A stretch of 63,624 nt of DNA, the filler included, from Reticulomyxa filosa (Eukaryota; Protista; Foraminifera): assembly GCA_000512085.1 (NCBI GenBank). It is 17 parts of 17 records of this genome, joined end to end, with 100 filler letters (N's around TTAATTAATTAA, not from the genome) between each part and the next. Parts side by side here need not be neighbours in the genome. Positions count along the whole stretch, not along the records: positions 48,537 to 53,380 come from ASPP01004698.1; positions 53,481 to 55,473 come from ASPP01027266.1; positions 55,574 to 59,494 come from ASPP01021638.1; positions 59,595 to 63,624 come from ASPP01026710.1; 13 more parts are not named here. The stretch is one strand, 5' to 3'. The notes beneath the pieces were generated by a model, which did no database searches, was not told the DNA's origin, and saw nothing but the letters and a program-made list of their open reading frames with translations. The translations under genes were made by a program, and so were the position numbers. This document shows, one piece after another, positions 50,709-63,243 of this stretch; the stretch's first letter is position 1; each line of letters starts with the position of its first letter.

Positions 50709-51413
50709 AGAAGTCAAATTTCAAACAAGTCTTAGTTTGAGTTTTTGTTTGGGCAAATGCTTTTTTTAAAAAAATTATATATTATATATTTAGTACATCA
50801 AATTTAAAAAAATATTGATGTTTGTATATTTAATGTGAAGAGGATTGCAAGGAGTTTTTTGTGGAAATTTGCGTTTGAATTTGTTTTATCAAATATATTG
50901 TGAAACCTTGTCATGTAATCAATTGGCGTGTGCTCAACATAGAAAGTTCTACCGCCTTTTGAAAGAATGAGGGGATCTTAAAACTTTTTTCTGAAAACTA
51001 CTTTCCTTCTCCAGCTTTCCCTTTTTTTTTTTTTTTAAATATTCTTTTATTTGGCTCAGTTTGAAAGAAAAAGAAACGTTCGTATGATACTTTGTACTTC
51101 CCCACAGCAAATAGTTTGTTTTTTTTGCTTGCTCACTTCCTTCTGCAATATCTTTTTTTTGATGCCAGTTATTTCAAAATAAATAAACAACACACCTAAA
51201 TCCCTGTTTTTTTATTATTAAAATCTCTAGCATTTATTCTTCAAATAAGAATTGTTTTATGATCTTCAACAAGTTAAAGTATTTATCAAAAACTACAAAT
51301 TGTGAACAAAATCAATATTTATGCAAAAAAATTTTTTGAAACCGTCGATCTTTTTGAAAAAAACAACGAACAACAAAGTTTTGTTGCAAAAAAAAACAAA
51401 AAAAAACAAGTAA

Positions 51414-52688
51414 TTATTTTTGATTAGGAAACAACTTGGGTAGCCAAGAAGGCTTTTTGTCAGTTTTTTTCAACATGTGAGCCTGCATTTGTTTGTTCTG
51501 TTCAGCTGCTTCGTCAATGAATACTACATTGAAATGAAGCAATTGAAAAACGCTGTGTGCAATGAACAATTCTAAGAAACTCTTGTTAAAATCCTTGGGA
51601 GCAATGGTCACATTTTCCATGTCAACTAAAAAAAACAAGTGTCCAAATAGAAATAAAGAACAACGAAAAAAAAAAATATATATATATATATGTATATGTA
51701 TTATAGTCACAAATAGTACAAACCACTGTGTTGAATGACGAATTTGGCATCCAATTGAGTGAGGTTTTCAGGTAATGGCATGACATCTCGAATTTCCTGT
51801 AAAATGTCCCATATGGACATGGCAGCGTTAATTGACACACGAGTGTTTTTGCGATTGTTGAGAAAAAATAGGCAACCAAAATTGGTGAGTATTGCCTGTG
51901 TTTTGGGTACAGAAGGACGTGATTGGATTGATGAGTGTGAAAGAACGACACTGGATTTGGCATTTACATCTTTGGAAGGCAAGGTCGGTTGGCGATTTTG
52001 AGTGCTTTCTTTGGACGAAGAATTGGCAGTATTTGTATTAGCCCGCTCCATTTCCTTTTCTTTATCTTTGTCTCTGTCTTTGTCCTTTTCGCCCTCACTG
52101 TCGTCGTCACTATCATTGACATTGGCAGCAGTGTTGCTTCTTCCCTTTGAGAGAGCGGCACGAGGCGCTTTTGTTCGCGGAATGTCGCCATTGCGTCGCG
52201 GATCGTCCTCACGCTTTTCGATAGACCTGGAGCTCATTCGAGTCAAATACTCTACCTCCATGCCAATGTCGATGTTGTCATTGACCTGTGATTTGACGCT
52301 GTTGGGCGACTTGACGCTGCCCATGACAGGAGAAAACGACGTCATTGGGGAAATGACCTCTCCAAACGCGCGCGAAGAAGGTTTGCCAGCGCTGTCGCTG
52401 CTGTGATTTGACATCAAAGGCTTGGTGTGCGAGGAGCTATTGCCCGTGCTGTTGTCATCGTTCCCATAGTCTTCCACTTCCATCTCCGTCTCGTTCGTGT
52501 CGTGTCGCACAGGCGGGTCCAATCGGAACTCTTCTTCCTCCTCGTCTTGGTTGCCTTTGACCTCTTCCGTCTTGGCCTGAATCAGAGGAATGAATGCGCG
52601 TATTGTGGCGGCTGTCTCTAATTGCATGTTGTCAAATAGCGATTCATTCACAAAGTGTCTTGACAATTTTTTTTTCACATTCGTTGCA

Positions 52689-52743
<55 letters not shown>

Positions 52744-53340
52744 CATTGTCACGATCGTCCTCATCGTCATCGTCAATCACAGTCAAATGAGCAGCATTGA
52801 CATTAGCTCGTCCACGCAGCTGCGATCGCAATTGGGTTAACTCTGTGTGTTTGGAAATTAGCTTTATTGTCAAATCTTCAATCACACGGTGTAGCTTTTG
52901 CAAGTCTGGAAGAGTGGCTGCATGAGAATCTCGTGGCTTGGATGGGGAAGAAGGATCAGCGACACCGGTGTGCAATGGAGAGGAAGGATTGTTTGGAGAA
53001 CGCAATTGCGCGTGACGATTGGCACGCGCGAGATCGTCATGCAAGTCGTCGATCCTTTTGCGAAACAGAACGGCCTTCCATTTGAAGATGCATCTGGCAT
53101 TATGCAATTCTCGACGCAGCGAGTCGACCTGTTGGAGAAGCTCTTGTTTCTCTTGCATGTATTGCGGAATCAGTTGGGCCTTTTCCGAGCGAATGACAAT
53201 GATCCTTTCTTCCAACTTCTTCTTCTGTTCTTTTAACGACTGGACCACGGGCGAGGAATAGATATCCGATTTGTATTGCCACAATTCACTTTCCAATTTG
53301 GTTATACGTTCCTTTGCTTGTCGAAGTCGTTCTTCTAAAC

Positions 53341-53380
<40 letters not shown>
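51414..53380 (-). CDS. Coiled-coil and low-complexity protein with poly-Asn and a small globular C-terminal domain; 5' truncated
   Basis: 529-aa ORF with heptad-rich segments, plus a final exon at about 51414-51626 after a TA-repeat intron. Confidence 0.7.
52693..52742. repeat. (TTA)n microsatellite encoding poly-Asn; others at 13886-13917 and 53341-53380
   Basis: Direct inspection. Confidence 0.95.
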
Positions 53381-53480
53381 NNNNNNNNNNNNNNNNNNNN
53401 NNNNNNNNNNNNNNNNNNNNNNNNTTAATTAATTAANNNNNNNNNNNNNNNNNNNNNNNNNNNNNNNNNNNNNNNNNNNN

Positions 53481-54130
53481 CATCGAATGCTTGCAATTGT
53501 TGATTATTTTCGAAATCCCAAAAAAGAATTCTATTGTCATTTGATGAAGAGCAGATAACATTACGATTATGAATATAATGGTATTGTGAAAATTTCACAC
53601 TATATACTGCAGATAAATGCTCATTGAATGATTGAATTTGTTTGTTGGTCTCTACATTCCATATACGAACTGTTTTATCAACTGATCCAGAACAAATGAA
53701 TTGACTGTCATCAAATGCGAAATAATCAATGCTGTACACACTACCGGTGTGTCCATTGAATGTTTTAAGTAATTCAGCCGAAGAACGAAACGTATCAAGC
53801 ATGAAGATACTGGTGGCCTGTGTCAAATAGTGATTATGTACAATAACAGCAAATAAATATTTGAACATTGAACGAAAAATACAAAATAAAACATAACATA
53901 ATTGACAACAAATTTGTCAAAATCCTGAATCCATCCTAATTTAATTTTTAATGTTCGAATCCAATGATGAATAATTATTTGGATCTCTTCTTCTTTTGAC
54001 TATTTCAATTACATGTTACAACGAAAGTAAAATAAATAATGAAAACTTAAAGACAAGTTGGACTCAACTTTGATTGATAAGTTTAAGTTCATTCTGTAAC
54101 TTTTTTTAGTTTTCTCTTGACCTTTTCATG
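53481..54130 (-). CDS. WD40-repeat protein, 5' part, with the family N-terminal motif EEEIQIIIHHWIRTLKIKLGWIQDFDKFVVNY
   Basis: Short N-terminal exon, an intron, then DTFRSSAELLKTFNGHTGSVYSIDY...CSGSVDKTVRIWNVET. Confidence 0.85.
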
Positions 54131-54649
54131 CAATTACTCAACAATGAAAAGTCAGAAATTGGATGTCCTTGAGTAGTTGACCAAATGGTATACCTTTGCT
54201 TATATTTGTGATAAGACTTGACCCGACATTATATTATTGTTGTTGGCATTTTTACTGCGATAATACTTTTTTTTTCATTTCCTTAAATTTACTATCATAA
54301 CTCCAAATATCAAGATAACCATTTTTTCAAATACTTATATATCCTGCATTTTAAATTAAGTTTTCACTTCTTCACTTTTCAAATACAGTAGAATAAAAAA
54401 GAAAGTTGACACATAAAATGGCACTTTATGAAAACGATTGATTTTCTCTACAAAAAAACAACATTAAATCAAAATTTTTTTTTATTTAAAAAAATATCCA
54501 CAAATCGTGCAGTTTTTAAATATCATTTTGATTTTAGTTTTTCGAAATTTTTTCAACCCTTTTTCCCATTGAGAAAAAAAAAGCTAAAAATCGTTCATTT
54601 TACATCATCAAAAACGATCTTAGCAAAAAAACAAAATGACAAATCTTAG

Positions 54650-55420
54650 CAATGAGAAACAAACTTCGATACAATTAGCGTTGGTAAGCTTTAGTACATG
54701 CTTGTTACCTTTTATTTATCGTATATAATTTGTGATTCAAACAGTTCGAAAAAGAAAAGATTCAAGTAATCGTACAGCATTGGATTCGAATATTGAAAAT
54801 CAAATTAGGATGGATTAATAAGTTTGACAAACTTGTTGTCAATTATGTCAGTTCATTTGTTCTTTCTTTTTTTTTCAAATATCAATCAAATATGAATGTT
54901 TATTTAACTTAGGCATCTACTATCTTCATGTTTGAGGCATTTCGTTCATCATCTAAATTACTCAATACATTCATTGGCGAAATATCTATGCACAACATTT
55001 CATAAGGATATCCTTCAATTTGTTGAATTTCCTCTTTTGATTTTACATCCCACAAACGAATAGTTTTATCATTTGAGCATCAAACAATAGTTTGACCATT
55101 TGGAAAATATTTTATATCATTTACAGTACCTGAATGGCTGTTGAATATCCACCATTTGTAGTACATAATCAAATAATTAATGTAATATACTCTGGATCAA
55201 TAGATACTACAATTCATTTTTGTGATATTCAATCAAATAAGAATGAGTTATATATGACTGATAAAAAAAAAAAGAAGATAATGAATACGACAATGAAATA
55301 AGATGTCTTAAATTTGTATCATTACAAAAGAAAGGAAAGAACAATGAGCAAACATTAAATGACTGTAGTATTAATTTATTTTATGGTTTAGGCAATCTCG
55401 TTTGCGTTTGGAATGAACAC
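54650..55420 (+). pseudogene. WD40-family pseudogene, divergent from the previous gene, with an inverted WD40 insert
   Basis: IQVIVQHWIRILKIKLGWINKFDKLVVNY / FRSSSKLLNTF on +, an inverted WD40 segment at 54972-55140, then the + strand family 3' end. Confidence 0.75.
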
Positions 55421-55573
55421 AATTAATAATTTTTTTTTGAAAAGACATGGATAAAATTTATTTTCTCCAGTTTNNNNNNNNNNNNNNNNNNNNNNNNNNN
55501 NNNNNNNNNNNNNNNNNTTAATTAATTAANNNNNNNNNNNNNNNNNNNNNNNNNNNNNNNNNNNNNNNNNNNN

Positions 55574-55925
55574 ATTGAAAAAAGTGAGATTGGAGAATTA
55601 TTAAAGAAATCAAAGAAGGGTTTTTCATAAGTCACAATAAGTACTTCTGATGATATTCAAGTTGCAAAGACGCTTAGAACTGATCGAGGATGTATTTACA
55701 TTTTCATCCTTCTATGAGAAATTAAATGGAATATATAGCTGTGAATGTATTCATGGATATCTCCATATAAACATGAGTTATCAATTGCTTTGTTCATTCA
55801 GGTTGGATTTTAAAAAAGAGCAAGTTCGAAAACACGGGAAAAAACCTTTAACATACTTGTGCAAGATGATTCCCATGTTAAGAGTGTACAGGGCGAGAAA
55901 ACGGGCCCTTTGAGAAAATTCTAAA
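55574..55925 (+). mobile_element. Possible MULE-like transposase C-terminal relic (SWIM-like Zn finger + basic tail)
   Basis: YSCECIHGYLHINMSYQLL followed by a basic ...RARKRAL tail resembles the CxC...CKH + KRGRP..AL ends of SWIM transposases. Degenerate. Confidence 0.25.
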
Positions 55926-56479
55926 GTGAGAAACAGCAAAAGGCAAAGATTACATTTTCTCTCCTGTTTCCCAAAACTAAAAGAAAAAAAAAAACTAGCA
56001 ACATTTGTTTTTTTGCCAGAAAACTGTAAATCAAATAAAAAAGTTTGTTTTTTATAAAAGATAATTGTTTTCTTATTTAAAAAAATAAATTTTTCATATT
56101 TTAAAATTAAGATATGTTAGATACAAAGGGAAATTTATGTTTTTGAAAGGAGAAGAAGAGTTAAAACTTCCTTTGAATAGGGTAAGAGTACATCAATTAC
56201 ACATACAAAGACAGTTACAACTTACATTTTGCTAATTGGGGATAATTGTTTGAATTACTTGACTAAAATTGTAAATTCAAAACCGATTTTCCTTTTATCC
56301 TTTTTTTCATCACTTGACGAGACTAATTTGTAGGAAAGACCAATGGGAAAATTTTATGACTTCTTTGACAGAGCATGCAAAACGATTTTTCATTAATTTT
56401 TTCCTTTCATTCAAATTTTTAACAAAAAAAAAGAAAAAATACGATCAAGAATGAACAAACAATGGAAATCAGATTATCT

Positions 56480-57250
56480 CAAAATTTGTACACAGGTTAT
56501 ATCTGTTAAAAAATAAATTTGTTGTTTCACAACATTTTGCAAACAAAAAATAAAAGTAATTGGCGAAAAGAAAGTGCAGATCCAATCTTCATTTACATGT
56601 GACAGAAACAGCCATCTTTTACTTTCATCTGCGTTCACGACCCACATACATTTCTTCAGATGCTGTTTATGAATTGGATGACGGACGTCTTTGCCATTCA
56701 TAATTTCAAACCTTCCAAAAATTTTTTTTTTTTTTGGATATACGTATACAATAAAAACGTTTTTGTTTGCACGCGCCCTCTCAAAAAAACAAAACTCGAA
56801 ATTAAAAACCGCTGGAAAAAATACTGCAACCAAAATCTTTGGTCTTGGTGGTGCGAATGCCACCACTTGTTGACACAATTCCATTGAACTGGATACGTTC
56901 AAAGCTACAACCGAGGGACAACACTCGGACTGCAAAAACCATTTTTGCATTTTATTTCATACAGAGTCGCGACTGTGCGCACGCGTAGTTTGTGTGCACT
57001 TCCAAATGTTCTTGTGCTTATCCCTTATTAATTTCTCGTGTATCATGTCTTTTCTTCCTTGCTCTGCTTCACTTGTTAGACGTTTTGTCCCAGCTGGATA
57101 TATGTCAAAGAGATAACGTCCAAATATTTTTTCAGTTTCGAGATCGTGAACTAACAACGTATTCATATCCTTTACTTTCTGCAAACAGTCTCAAGATTTC
57201 CACAACACTCCATACCAACCATTACAAGAAGGGGGCCACTCCTATTTAGA
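56480..57250 (-). pseudogene. Unidentified coding-like fragment
   Basis: Two adjacent in-frame minus ORFs (56957-57184 and 56474-56950) separated by one TGA, with an intron-like A/T tract. No recognisable motif. Confidence 0.3.
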
Positions 57251-59039
57251 AAAAAATATTGTGAACGAACACTTCAACTTTTGCTACAATAAAATGAAAA
57301 AATGTTGGACCGTTAAATTACAAAAATTGTAAAAGTAGTTTATTTGACTTTCAATCGTATTTATGACTGCTTTTGATTGTTTTTTAAATTTTTTCAACAA
57401 TATTTCCAAAGGGATTTTTTTGAAAAAAAACTAAGTAATTAAAGTAACTTAATGCTATGTAGGATAAATGAAATTTTGTAGTCTCCTGATTAATTTAACA
57501 ATAAATACAAAATAAGAAACGAAATGAATGGCGTTTTTGAGAAGTCCAAGCGTGTGTTGAGCCACACATTATATGATCTAAACTTTTTTGAAAATGTAGC
57601 AACGCATTTCCCCCAATGCACAACAATCATTCGGGTTTTTTTTACTTTGACGCTTGTCTTTTTTCATTTGTTTGTTTAAAATTTTCGAATGCGAAAAGCT
57701 GTTTGAAAACAATTTGCATGAATGTTTGAATGAAAGAACGTATGAATTTGGAATTAATTGACTCAAGGTATCAGCTTTCGGATTATAAACTCGTATTTGA
57801 TCTACTAACAAAATGTGCAAGTGAGTTTTCCTTGAACAATATTGGATGAATTGAAAAATAGAGCCTCTTCAACATCTTTTTTTTTTTTAATTGTCATATC
57901 TCTATTTATTCGAAAAGATCACCTATTCATTGTTATAACACCCATCGAGATATCTTCAACTTTCTGACTTTACTTTCTTCTACACGTAGGAGTAATATGA
58001 TATTCATCTTTTTTTGTTACATACAAAGGATAGTTAATATTCAATTTCGTTTTATATTCAAAATTCAATGCAAATTTGTTACGTGAAAGATTATTAAATA
58101 TAATCAACTTCTTATGATGAATATTTGGACATAATATTTTTAACAACCTTTTCCTTTTTTGAACTTGTTAGAAAAAGTTCAACTAACTTTCATCTTACAA
58201 CATCAACAACGATTCAGGAGAAAAGCAGAGAAATTAAAAGGAGACTACTTTTACTAACGAAAAGCAAACTTCAATGCAACTGGCATTTGTAACTTTGTTT
58301 TTGAAATAATTATTAAATACTGAAATACCCAGGCACTATCATAACATTCAATAAGAGAAAAAGCTTTCAGCTTGTTCACTTTATTTTCTTTTTTATGTAA
58401 CAGGACATGCTATTCATCTTTTTTTTATCTTTTTTAAGTTTGTGCAAAAAAAGTCTCATTTGTGTACCAGACATTTGTTCTTAAAAAAAAGATATATCGA
58501 TTAAATTTTCATTAGGTTTTTTTTGGAGGAGTTTTTTTTAATCAACAAAAAAATACTTGCTAATTTTTTGAATCTTACTTTCTCATGGAAATAATCGTAT
58601 TTGTTTGCATCAAATAGATAAAAATCAAAGTATTTTATTCTTTTTGAAGCATTTTTGTTTCCAAGTGCAAGTTATTGTTAATTGGAACACGATATCTTTA
58701 AAATTGAAAACAAATCGCCCTTTATTTTTTGGGGAAAACCAGAGTAGTTTTAATTTTTGTCGTCCATTTTTCCAAGCAAAAATATTTGTACTTATTCTTT
58801 TTTAAAAAAGATTATCAAATGTACAAATCATTATAAGTAAAACAGTGGAGATCTCAAAACAATAAATTTATTTTCAATATTTAATATTTGATATTTCAAC
58901 TAGTTCAACATCTTACATTAAAGCGTTCCATCAAGTTTTTTTTATTTGTTTTTGGAGTAGATTTTTTTTTGGAAGAAGAATTAGAGTAAAAAACGAGATT
59001 TTTTTTTAATAATCAACAAAAAAAATTTTGATCATCATT

Positions 59040-59494
59040 ATATTCTCTAATTGGTGTAAGATATTTGATTGATGTTTTTATCTTCCTATCTTGTGATATC
59101 GCTTTGATGGATGTCAAATGAACAAACATAGTTATCATCCAATTCCAATGGTTTAGATATTGCATAGTTGAATTTAATTTCATCTTCAACCATTTCATAA
59201 TGCTTTTTATCAACATCTTTTGGAGGCTGCAAATGTCTTTGCCAAAAGATAAGCTTTATCAGGATCAGACCTTGCCACTGAATTATTTCTTTATGCTGGA
59301 GTAATACATATATTGTTGGTGTTTAATGCCTTGAATTTCATGAATAAATTTCTTGTGTTCCTTCATGCAAGGAATCAATGCTTTAATCATATGTTGATGC
59401 TTTTCTATTTGTGATTTCCTTCGCAATTGCTTGGTAGCTTTTTTATATAGCATCAAATTCCTTGGTATTCTTTGTTTACGAAAGCGATTCTTTA
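59040..59494 (-). mobile_element. Non-LTR retrotransposon relic (linker region upstream of the RT domain)
   Basis: LFMKFKALNTN...SVARSDPDKAYLLAKTFA/QPPKDVDKKHYEMVEDEI...DIHQSDIT resembles the 'A.SD.EKA.LLA..F ... IT..EV' region preceding LINE RT domains. Stops and frameshifts. Confidence 0.55.
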
Positions 59495-59919
59495 NNNNNN
59501 NNNNNNNNNNNNNNNNNNNNNNNNNNNNNNNNNNNNNNTTAATTAATTAANNNNNNNNNNNNNNNNNNNNNNNNNNNNNNNNNNNNNNNNNNNNCTTTAG
59601 AATAGGGACTTGTACTACAATAGTCTACAGACAATATTAAATTTGGAATAGAAAACTGCTGGACTCTTTTATTTGTATGATGCAAAATACGTGTGAAATT
59701 AAGTACATTTGGCTCAATAAATCCATATTAAAATTACATTATTTTGAAGTAAATGGCCCGTTCAGTTTGTTTACTGAAATAGCGCACTGCCTCAATATTC
59801 GTACAGTCAATGTTCTTGTCTGAACCAACTTCGAGGTGAAGCCGTGTTCCCTTTTAAAAAAAATAACTTTCATTCCTTTCATAACAGCTTGCTATTCGAT
59901 AATTGAAGTAAAGAAGCCA

Positions 59920-61174
59920 ATGTCTCAAGCACCTGAAAAGAAAAGTTTTCTGTTTGTTTGCTGATATAATCCGTTTGCAGTGTGGCACAAACCCACAAAA
60001 AACACAACCAACTAGAACAAAAAAAGGGGCCAAGCCAAGGTCAAAACAAGCAAGCAAAAGACAAAAATAGTCAACCAAAACCAAACCCAAACCAACCAAA
60101 AGCAAAAGCTAATCCAAATCAAAAAAAGGCCCCCCCAAAACCAAAAGCAAATCAAAAGAAAGAGCAAAAAAAGGCACATCGCGAAAAAGTAAGTGATAAA
60201 GCGTCAGCTCAAAAGAAAGGTGGTAAAAAACCTGTCAGTGCAGCAGCCACACAAAAATTGGCAAGAGAAAGATTACAAGTGATTATCCGTTCCAAATATC
60301 AAAATCCAACTTCCAACGTTAAACCAACAAATTTGGAATCTCGAATTTGTGAATACTTGGTGGATTTGGAAGCATCTGACAAGGATTTGAAAGTTTATTT
60401 TTATTTTTATTTTTTGTACAGTTGTCCAAATAAAAACAATAAATGATGCGCATTATCGTAATTGTGATATTTTTTTTTTTTAAAAGTCTTCCTTGCGAGA
60501 TTTGGGTATTGTAGCTGCACGTGAACAAACAATAACTTCGACAAAGAAAGCAATAGTCATATTTGTTCCTTTCCGTCAGCTGAGCCGCTGGCAAAAAATT
60601 CAAGGTCGTGTCGCTGTTGAATTGGAAAAAAAATTTTCAGGACAGGATGTGCTGTTCTTGGCCCAAAGAAAAGTCATGAAATTACATGTTAAGCAAAAAA
60701 AAATAACTTTTTTTGGGAAAGGGGGTGAGGTGATTTTTAAAGTTGCGAAATTTCCTTTAAAAAAATATGCGAGCTCAAACTAGATTTAATCGTATGTATG
60801 TTATTTTTGGCGTGATAGGATATCAAAAACAACTACCCAAGACCAAGAAATCAAACTATCACCAGCGTTCATGAGTCGATTTTGAATGATCTCGTTTTTC
60901 CTTCCAAAATCGTTGGAAAGCGTCTCCGCTTTCGAGTTGGTGGAAAGCGAATTCTTAAAGTGTATGTTCTTTTTTTATTTGTGGATTATTATATATGTTT
61001 TTTTATATTTTTTATGTCGCTGTTATATTGCACATGTGCTATTTGACTGGAAATAGATTTTTGGATCCAAAAAATTCCAAAGAAATTGAACCAAAATTAC
61101 AAACATATGAGACTATCTATAAAAAATTAACTAAAAAAACTGCAAATTTTGTGTTCCCACGTTTTGTCCTTTAG
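59920..61174 (+). CDS. RPS7: 40S ribosomal protein S7 (eS7) with a long K/Q/P/N-rich N-terminal extension; about 4 introns
   Basis: KPTNLESRICEYLVDLE..DLK/SSLRDL.IVAARE....KKAIVIFVP..QL..WQKIQGRV..ELEKKFSG.DVLFLAQRK, RPRNQTITSVHESILNDLVFPSKIVGKRLR and YKKLTKK..NFVFP. Confidence 0.95.
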
Positions 61175-62277
61175 GAATCAAAAGCAAAGAGTGTATATCG
61201 CTCAACCGTGGTGTCTCCTTTTTTTTGTATTGTCGATTTTTTGTTGATTTAAATTTGTTAGAAAGATGGCAAGTGCATTAACACTTTCGACCATTTTTTC
61301 AAATAGTCAAAACTTTTATAGGAAAGTTAAAAGTTGTGATACATTTAGCCTTTTCAAAGGCTATTGAAAAAAAAATTCAATCCAACATAAACACACAAAC
61401 AAGGCAATGGAATATTGATCTGAATAAATAAAAGGTTTAAGCAAAATGTTACAATTAAAAATGCAATGATTCATGATAAAGAAAATTTAAACGAAAATAG
61501 TGCAATTCGGACAAAAAATTTGAAATAAGATGAAAAAAAATAAACATTGAACACAAAGATACGAAATGCAAAAAAACTTGCATGATTACACAATTTCATT
61601 TTCAATGATTTAAAAATGTGGAGGCACATGAGACTAGTGCGATAAAAGTGTTGACATCAACCAAGACCACTACAATCGCATGTCCAAACACAAATGAAGT
61701 GTTTTTCTTACTAAATCCTGCTTATTATCATTCTGATACATATTAATTCTACATGTTGCTGGAAACAAACTCTTTAACTTTGCGTGTCATTGTGCAATAT
61801 TAATAAAGTGTGTATTCTGTTTTGACTAACAATGTATGTTTTGAACAAATTTTGCGCTTGTCATACATTGCAAAATTATTTTGGATAGCAAATCGCAGGA
61901 AATTACATACAACTACAGATTCAAGCATTTTGTTATTTCATGCCTTAAGAGAAAGAAAATAATATAACATCAAACGAACAAAAAAAATGTCCTATCCTTC
62001 TTATTAAAAAAACATAACTAAAGGGAAAAACAAAATAAGAGAAAAATAAAATTAAAGTATATAACAGTAAAAACGAAAATAAAAAATATCAAAGTTTAAT
62101 GTTGCAAATTGGAAAATCCAAAAGCTTGCTGACTGAATCAACAAGGTGTACGAAAGATTATTTTTCAGTTTCTTTGTGAAAAATACCCATTAATTCTAAA
62201 AGTACTGTTTGGACAGAGCCTTGTAAAAAAGTTCGCTCAGTTTAAGGTAAAAGAAGTGATAATAATTGAAAAAGATA

Positions 62278-62843
62278 ATGCCACAGAAAGATACGAATGG
62301 AAGCGATGACAAGAAAGCTCTTACCGATGACGCTCAAGAAGTTGTCATTTACGACAGGTACTTTCTTCTTTTTTCTTAAACTGGTTTAGCACACAAAAGA
62401 CTTTTGCGTGATTTTGTCATAGTGCTGAACGTCCGACAATATGGAATTGGGCTCGCGTTCTGTGGTGCGGATGTTGTGAACCCACGCAACATATTACAAC
62501 AAAATATGTGAAGGAAAACCGATGGAAAGGTTGTGCGCGAGAAACACATTCCTTGGCGATGGAAAACATATATGATGTAAGAAGGCAGCAAACACTATGT
62601 TTTGTGTGTTTGAATGGCTTACCGTGCTGTGCGTGCTGCAACGACATGGGAGATATTGTGTTATATGTTACTGATGATACTGAAAATTTATCGAGCGGGA
62701 AACACACTCGGTGGATTTTGGTAGATGTAGCTAATAGCTTAAGGGTTCACGAAAGACTGACCGGACACTTGCAGGTACTCCACGCGGATTGGCGAAAGAC
62801 TGGCCGACAAATGGGCCGTAAACTAAAACAAGTGGAAAAATAA
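62278..62843 (+). CDS. Small protein with a bacterial-PH (bPH_2/DUF304)-like domain and Cys clusters; one intron at about 62358-62422
   Basis: MPQKDTNGSDDKKALTDDAQEVVIYDS/AERPTIWNWARVLWCGCCEPTQHITTKYV...RETHSLAMENIYDVRRQQTL...GDIVLY..D...WILVDVANS fits the bPH_2 pattern (IT..R...G...I.DV...Q.L...GDI.I). Confidence 0.55.
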
Positions 62844-63243
62844 GAATGCCAAATGGAATGAATTAGTTGTTTGGGTTTGTTTTGGGTGAACTTTTTCTTT
62901 GATTGTAAATTTGGGATAGGGAACGAAAGAACATTTTTGTTGGAAAGATTGCCAAGCAACAGAAATTGCTGTTTGCTAAACCTAATTAGTGGAGATGAAA
63001 CAACACCTCAAAGATGACCATTTCAAAGCCAGGCCCGAATGATAACCTTTTTTACTTTTTTTCCCGGTTGTATCATGACTTTAGAAAAAAGTATGAACAC
63101 AATGAATTTTTTTCAAGAAAGATTTTTTTGGCATATAAAACGAGGGAAAACAATGCAATCTCTCGTTTTGTCTAAATCGTAATGACAATAACATCTTTTT
63201 TTTTAATAGTTTTGCATTTTTTATTTATGTCAAAATGTCCAAA

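Noticed and set aside
60392-61057. Possible snoRNAs in RPS7 introns
   Set aside because: No complete C/D (RUGAUGA...CUGA) or H/ACA arrangement could be identified.
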